DNA of 64,000 nucleotides from the human T2T-CHM13v2.0 reference genome, Homo sapiens, in NCBI RefSeq assembly GCF_009914755.1, contig NC_060934.1. One strand, written 5' to 3'. The notes below the pieces were generated by a model that was not told the DNA's origin, did not search any database, and saw only the letters and a program-made list of their open reading frames with translations. Shown here in pieces: positions 61,198 to 64,000 of the stretch (the first letter of the stretch is position 1; each line of letters begins with the position of its first letter). Both the position numbers and the translations under genes were made by a program.

Positions 61198-64000
61198 ATA
61201 GTGGAAATGGTGTAGAAGGCCAGCACAGCTTGGCATTCCTGGAGTGTTATGTGGAAGGAAAAGTGCAGAGGAAGACAAACAAAGATGTAAGTAGGCTTGA
61301 CTCAGTGCAACTAAGAACCCAGATGTTATCTATCAGCTAATTTTTTGTATTTTAGTAGAGAAGGGGTTTTACCACGTTGGCCAGGATGGTCTCAATCTCC
61401 TGAACTCATGATCCGCGCACCTCAGCCTCCCAAAGTGGTGGGATTAGAGGCATGAACCACAAAGTGCTCAAAAAATCTATTAATTAAAAAATGTGTATGT
61501 AGCCATCTTTAATCTACCATGTCCATTAGCAGATAAGTACTATAAGCAAAATAACAACAATGAAAGAAACATTGACTTAGAGTAGATACTCTGATTTATT
61601 TAATAAAAATTTGAAAATAGACCAAATTATGACAAAAAAAAAATCTGTTACTATTGAGGATGAGGGTTAGTGTTTGGAAAGGGGCAGGAGAAGTATCTCT
61701 ATTTTTAGTAATGTTCTATTTTCATACATGGTTATAAGCAAATACATGTGTTTCATTAATCAAGCTATCTATATTTAATCATTGTACTTTTCTGCATGTA
61801 TGATATATGTCAATAAATGTCTTAAAGTATATACAGCAAAAATAGACAAAACCACAAGAAGACATACACAAATGTTAAACCTAGAGAGAAATTTGAATAT
61901 AAGTAAGTCTCTGAATGACTGGTAGAACAAACCGAAAAATAGGATGGAGAGGTTTGGAACAGCATGATTAGCAAAATTGACATATCTGTCTTTTAATATA
62001 GGCAGAAACATAGTTAGATAAAAAAAGGACTTGTCTCGGAGCATGATTTCTGAAAACAGTGGAATCGAGTTTGAATCTAGTAAGTACATATAAATAAATG
62101 TCTTAAAACTCCTCTTATGTTAGCTAATTAAGAAACACTATTGTAATAGACATTAGAAAATATTTTAATAAATTGAGTGGATTTCACACGCTAAGGAAAT
62201 GATCTTACTTGCATTTGATAGTTCAATTAGATACATATATACCTATAGGTAGTTTAAAATATTTCTAATAACCTTATATACTTTTAAAAAGCATTGATAT
62301 CTGTTTGCACTATATGGTCTATAGAGTACACATACCAAACATGATTATAGCTCTTCTGCTATAAACTTCAAATGTCTAATTAATACAAAAATCTAGAATG
62401 AGAAGAGTTCTTTGCATTTTTTTTTATCAAATAGAATATAGGAAAGATAGCTGCAAATATACCTGACACACTTATCTGTGAGTATGGTGGTAGCCTTTTT
62501 ATTTTATTTTATTTTGAGAGAGGGTCTCACTTTGTCACCCAAGATGGAGTGCAGTCATGTGATCAGAGCTCACTGAAGCCTTCACATACTGTGCTCAAGC
62601 GATTCTCCTACCTCAGTCTCCTGAGTAGCAGGGACTGCAAGTGCATGACACCATACTAGCTAATTTTTGTAAAGATGGGGTTTCACCATGTTGCCCTGGC
62701 TGATCTCCATCTCCTGGACTCAAGAGATCTGGCCACCTTGGCCTCCCAAAGTGCTGGGATTATAGTTTTGAGGCACCACAATCAGCCCAGCCTTAAAAAA
62801 GGCTGACTAGAGATCTTTATCTATGTATATCTATATCTATCTATAAAATAAACATATGTGCTTCTTATATAAAAATATATATTATTAATATTATATAAAA
62901 TTTTTTTCAAGGTAGAAATATATAAAGAGGGTGCATGTAGAGCCTGGGGCATTGTGTAGTGAAGCTCAAGGCCTCTGAAGAAATGCCCCTTGCCTCTTTT
63001 GTCTGGGCTAGAATCCGAGAAGGGAAAGCAGCAGATGCACTGGTTCCCAGGTTCTTGGCATCCTACAGAGAGAAACTTGTTTGAGCTAGGGTAGCGTTAA
63101 ACACCCTTGTTCTTACTCTCCTGTTTTATATAGTGAGCAGAGACTAGCTTCATGAGAACAGACTGTGACAGTCAAGGCTGTCTGATATTTTGTGCAGCAT
63201 TAATTGAGAAATTCTAGCACCTGAAGAACTCTGGGCCATTTGAGGGTAGGTGCAGGGGAGGAAAGGGAAGTTTGCATCCCTCCTGCTGTGGAGAGAACCC
63301 GTGGGAAGCACAGACCTTGTCCTAACTGAAGGCAGACCACCTTGCTAACCAGCTTCTCATCAGCCAACCCTGGATGAGTTTCTATGTCTATTTACTAAAT
63401 AATCCTTATTGCTTTTCTTCATATGGGCAAAGTATGGTTTACAGGGAATATTGTTCCTTTGAACACCCATCATGGAAAACCCTTCCTGTTGTGGGAAACC
63501 AGGCTTCCATATGTGTATTATTGGGAAACACATAGGCAATTTCTATGTTTTTACTGCATCTATTTCAGGGATATGGGAACTGAATAGTGCCCATCAAAGG
63601 CTCACCTGATGTTGGAAATTGATCTGAGAGCGCGGAAGGACAGAATTCTTTCTTTGTTCCTGGGCAGCGGTGGTTGAGGGATCATTTTGTGGCAGCTACA
63701 GTGGCAATGATGGAGGCATAATGGCGGGCTCAGTACCAAGACAAGGAGAGACTTGGCCTCACAATGGCAGCATTGCAGGGGTGCGCTCTACAGAACATTT
63801 GCTCACATGGTTTTGGGCATTGTCTCTAACTACATTGCTTCCCCAATAGGTTGACCCATTCTAACTAACTCCTTTTCTCTTTAAAAAAGCAAACTTCATT
63901 TGTATGACTTGCAATTGTAAACGACACCAATTGGCCAGTTATCATTCAAATTCTCTGTTACTTAATCCTGCCTTTTCCTGACGTATGCAACTTTCCCCTA
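61198..64000 (+). repeat. Segmental duplication B, copy 2 (runs off the window)
   Basis: Matches 23620-26440, including both Alu fragments. Confidence 0.95.

Overview
This is primate, almost certainly human, pericentromeric DNA at a satellite-to-segmental-duplication transition; it is not a prokaryotic region. Bases 1-16860 are human satellite 2 (HSat2/HSATII, GGAAT strand on +), built from 1.36-2.36 kb higher-order units and degenerating toward an abrupt edge at 16860. The remaining ~47 kb is a mosaic of duplicons. It holds two GC-rich (GGGGGCAAAAAGCCGCGGCGGC)n arrays at duplication junctions and two internal direct duplications (19123-21249 = 30290-32586; 23620-26440 = 61198-64000 and beyond). 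It also holds a twin-primed L1PA2, an SVA with a 3' transduction, a full-length dead L1PA3/4, a (CATTT)n tract, an unprocessed KSR1 exon-1 pseudogene fragment, and many older Alu/LTR/L1M/DNA-transposon remnants. HSat2 next to a KSR1 pseudogene suggests KSR1P1 at 10q11.21; this is recalled, not verified, and a paralogous pericentromere is possible. I find no intact protein-coding gene, and nearly all listed ORFs are repeat artefacts or L1 fragments. I do not see a clearly new biological system. The best leads are the KSR1 exon-1 read-through ORF fused to a CpG-rich array, the arrays acting as duplicon joints, the traceable SVA transduction, the L1 lacking a target-site duplication (TSD) with an intact ORF0 pointing into a TTTCA tract, and the readable step-wise history of the HSat2 unit. 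Coordinates were read by eye and repeat subfamily names are from memory of consensus sequences.
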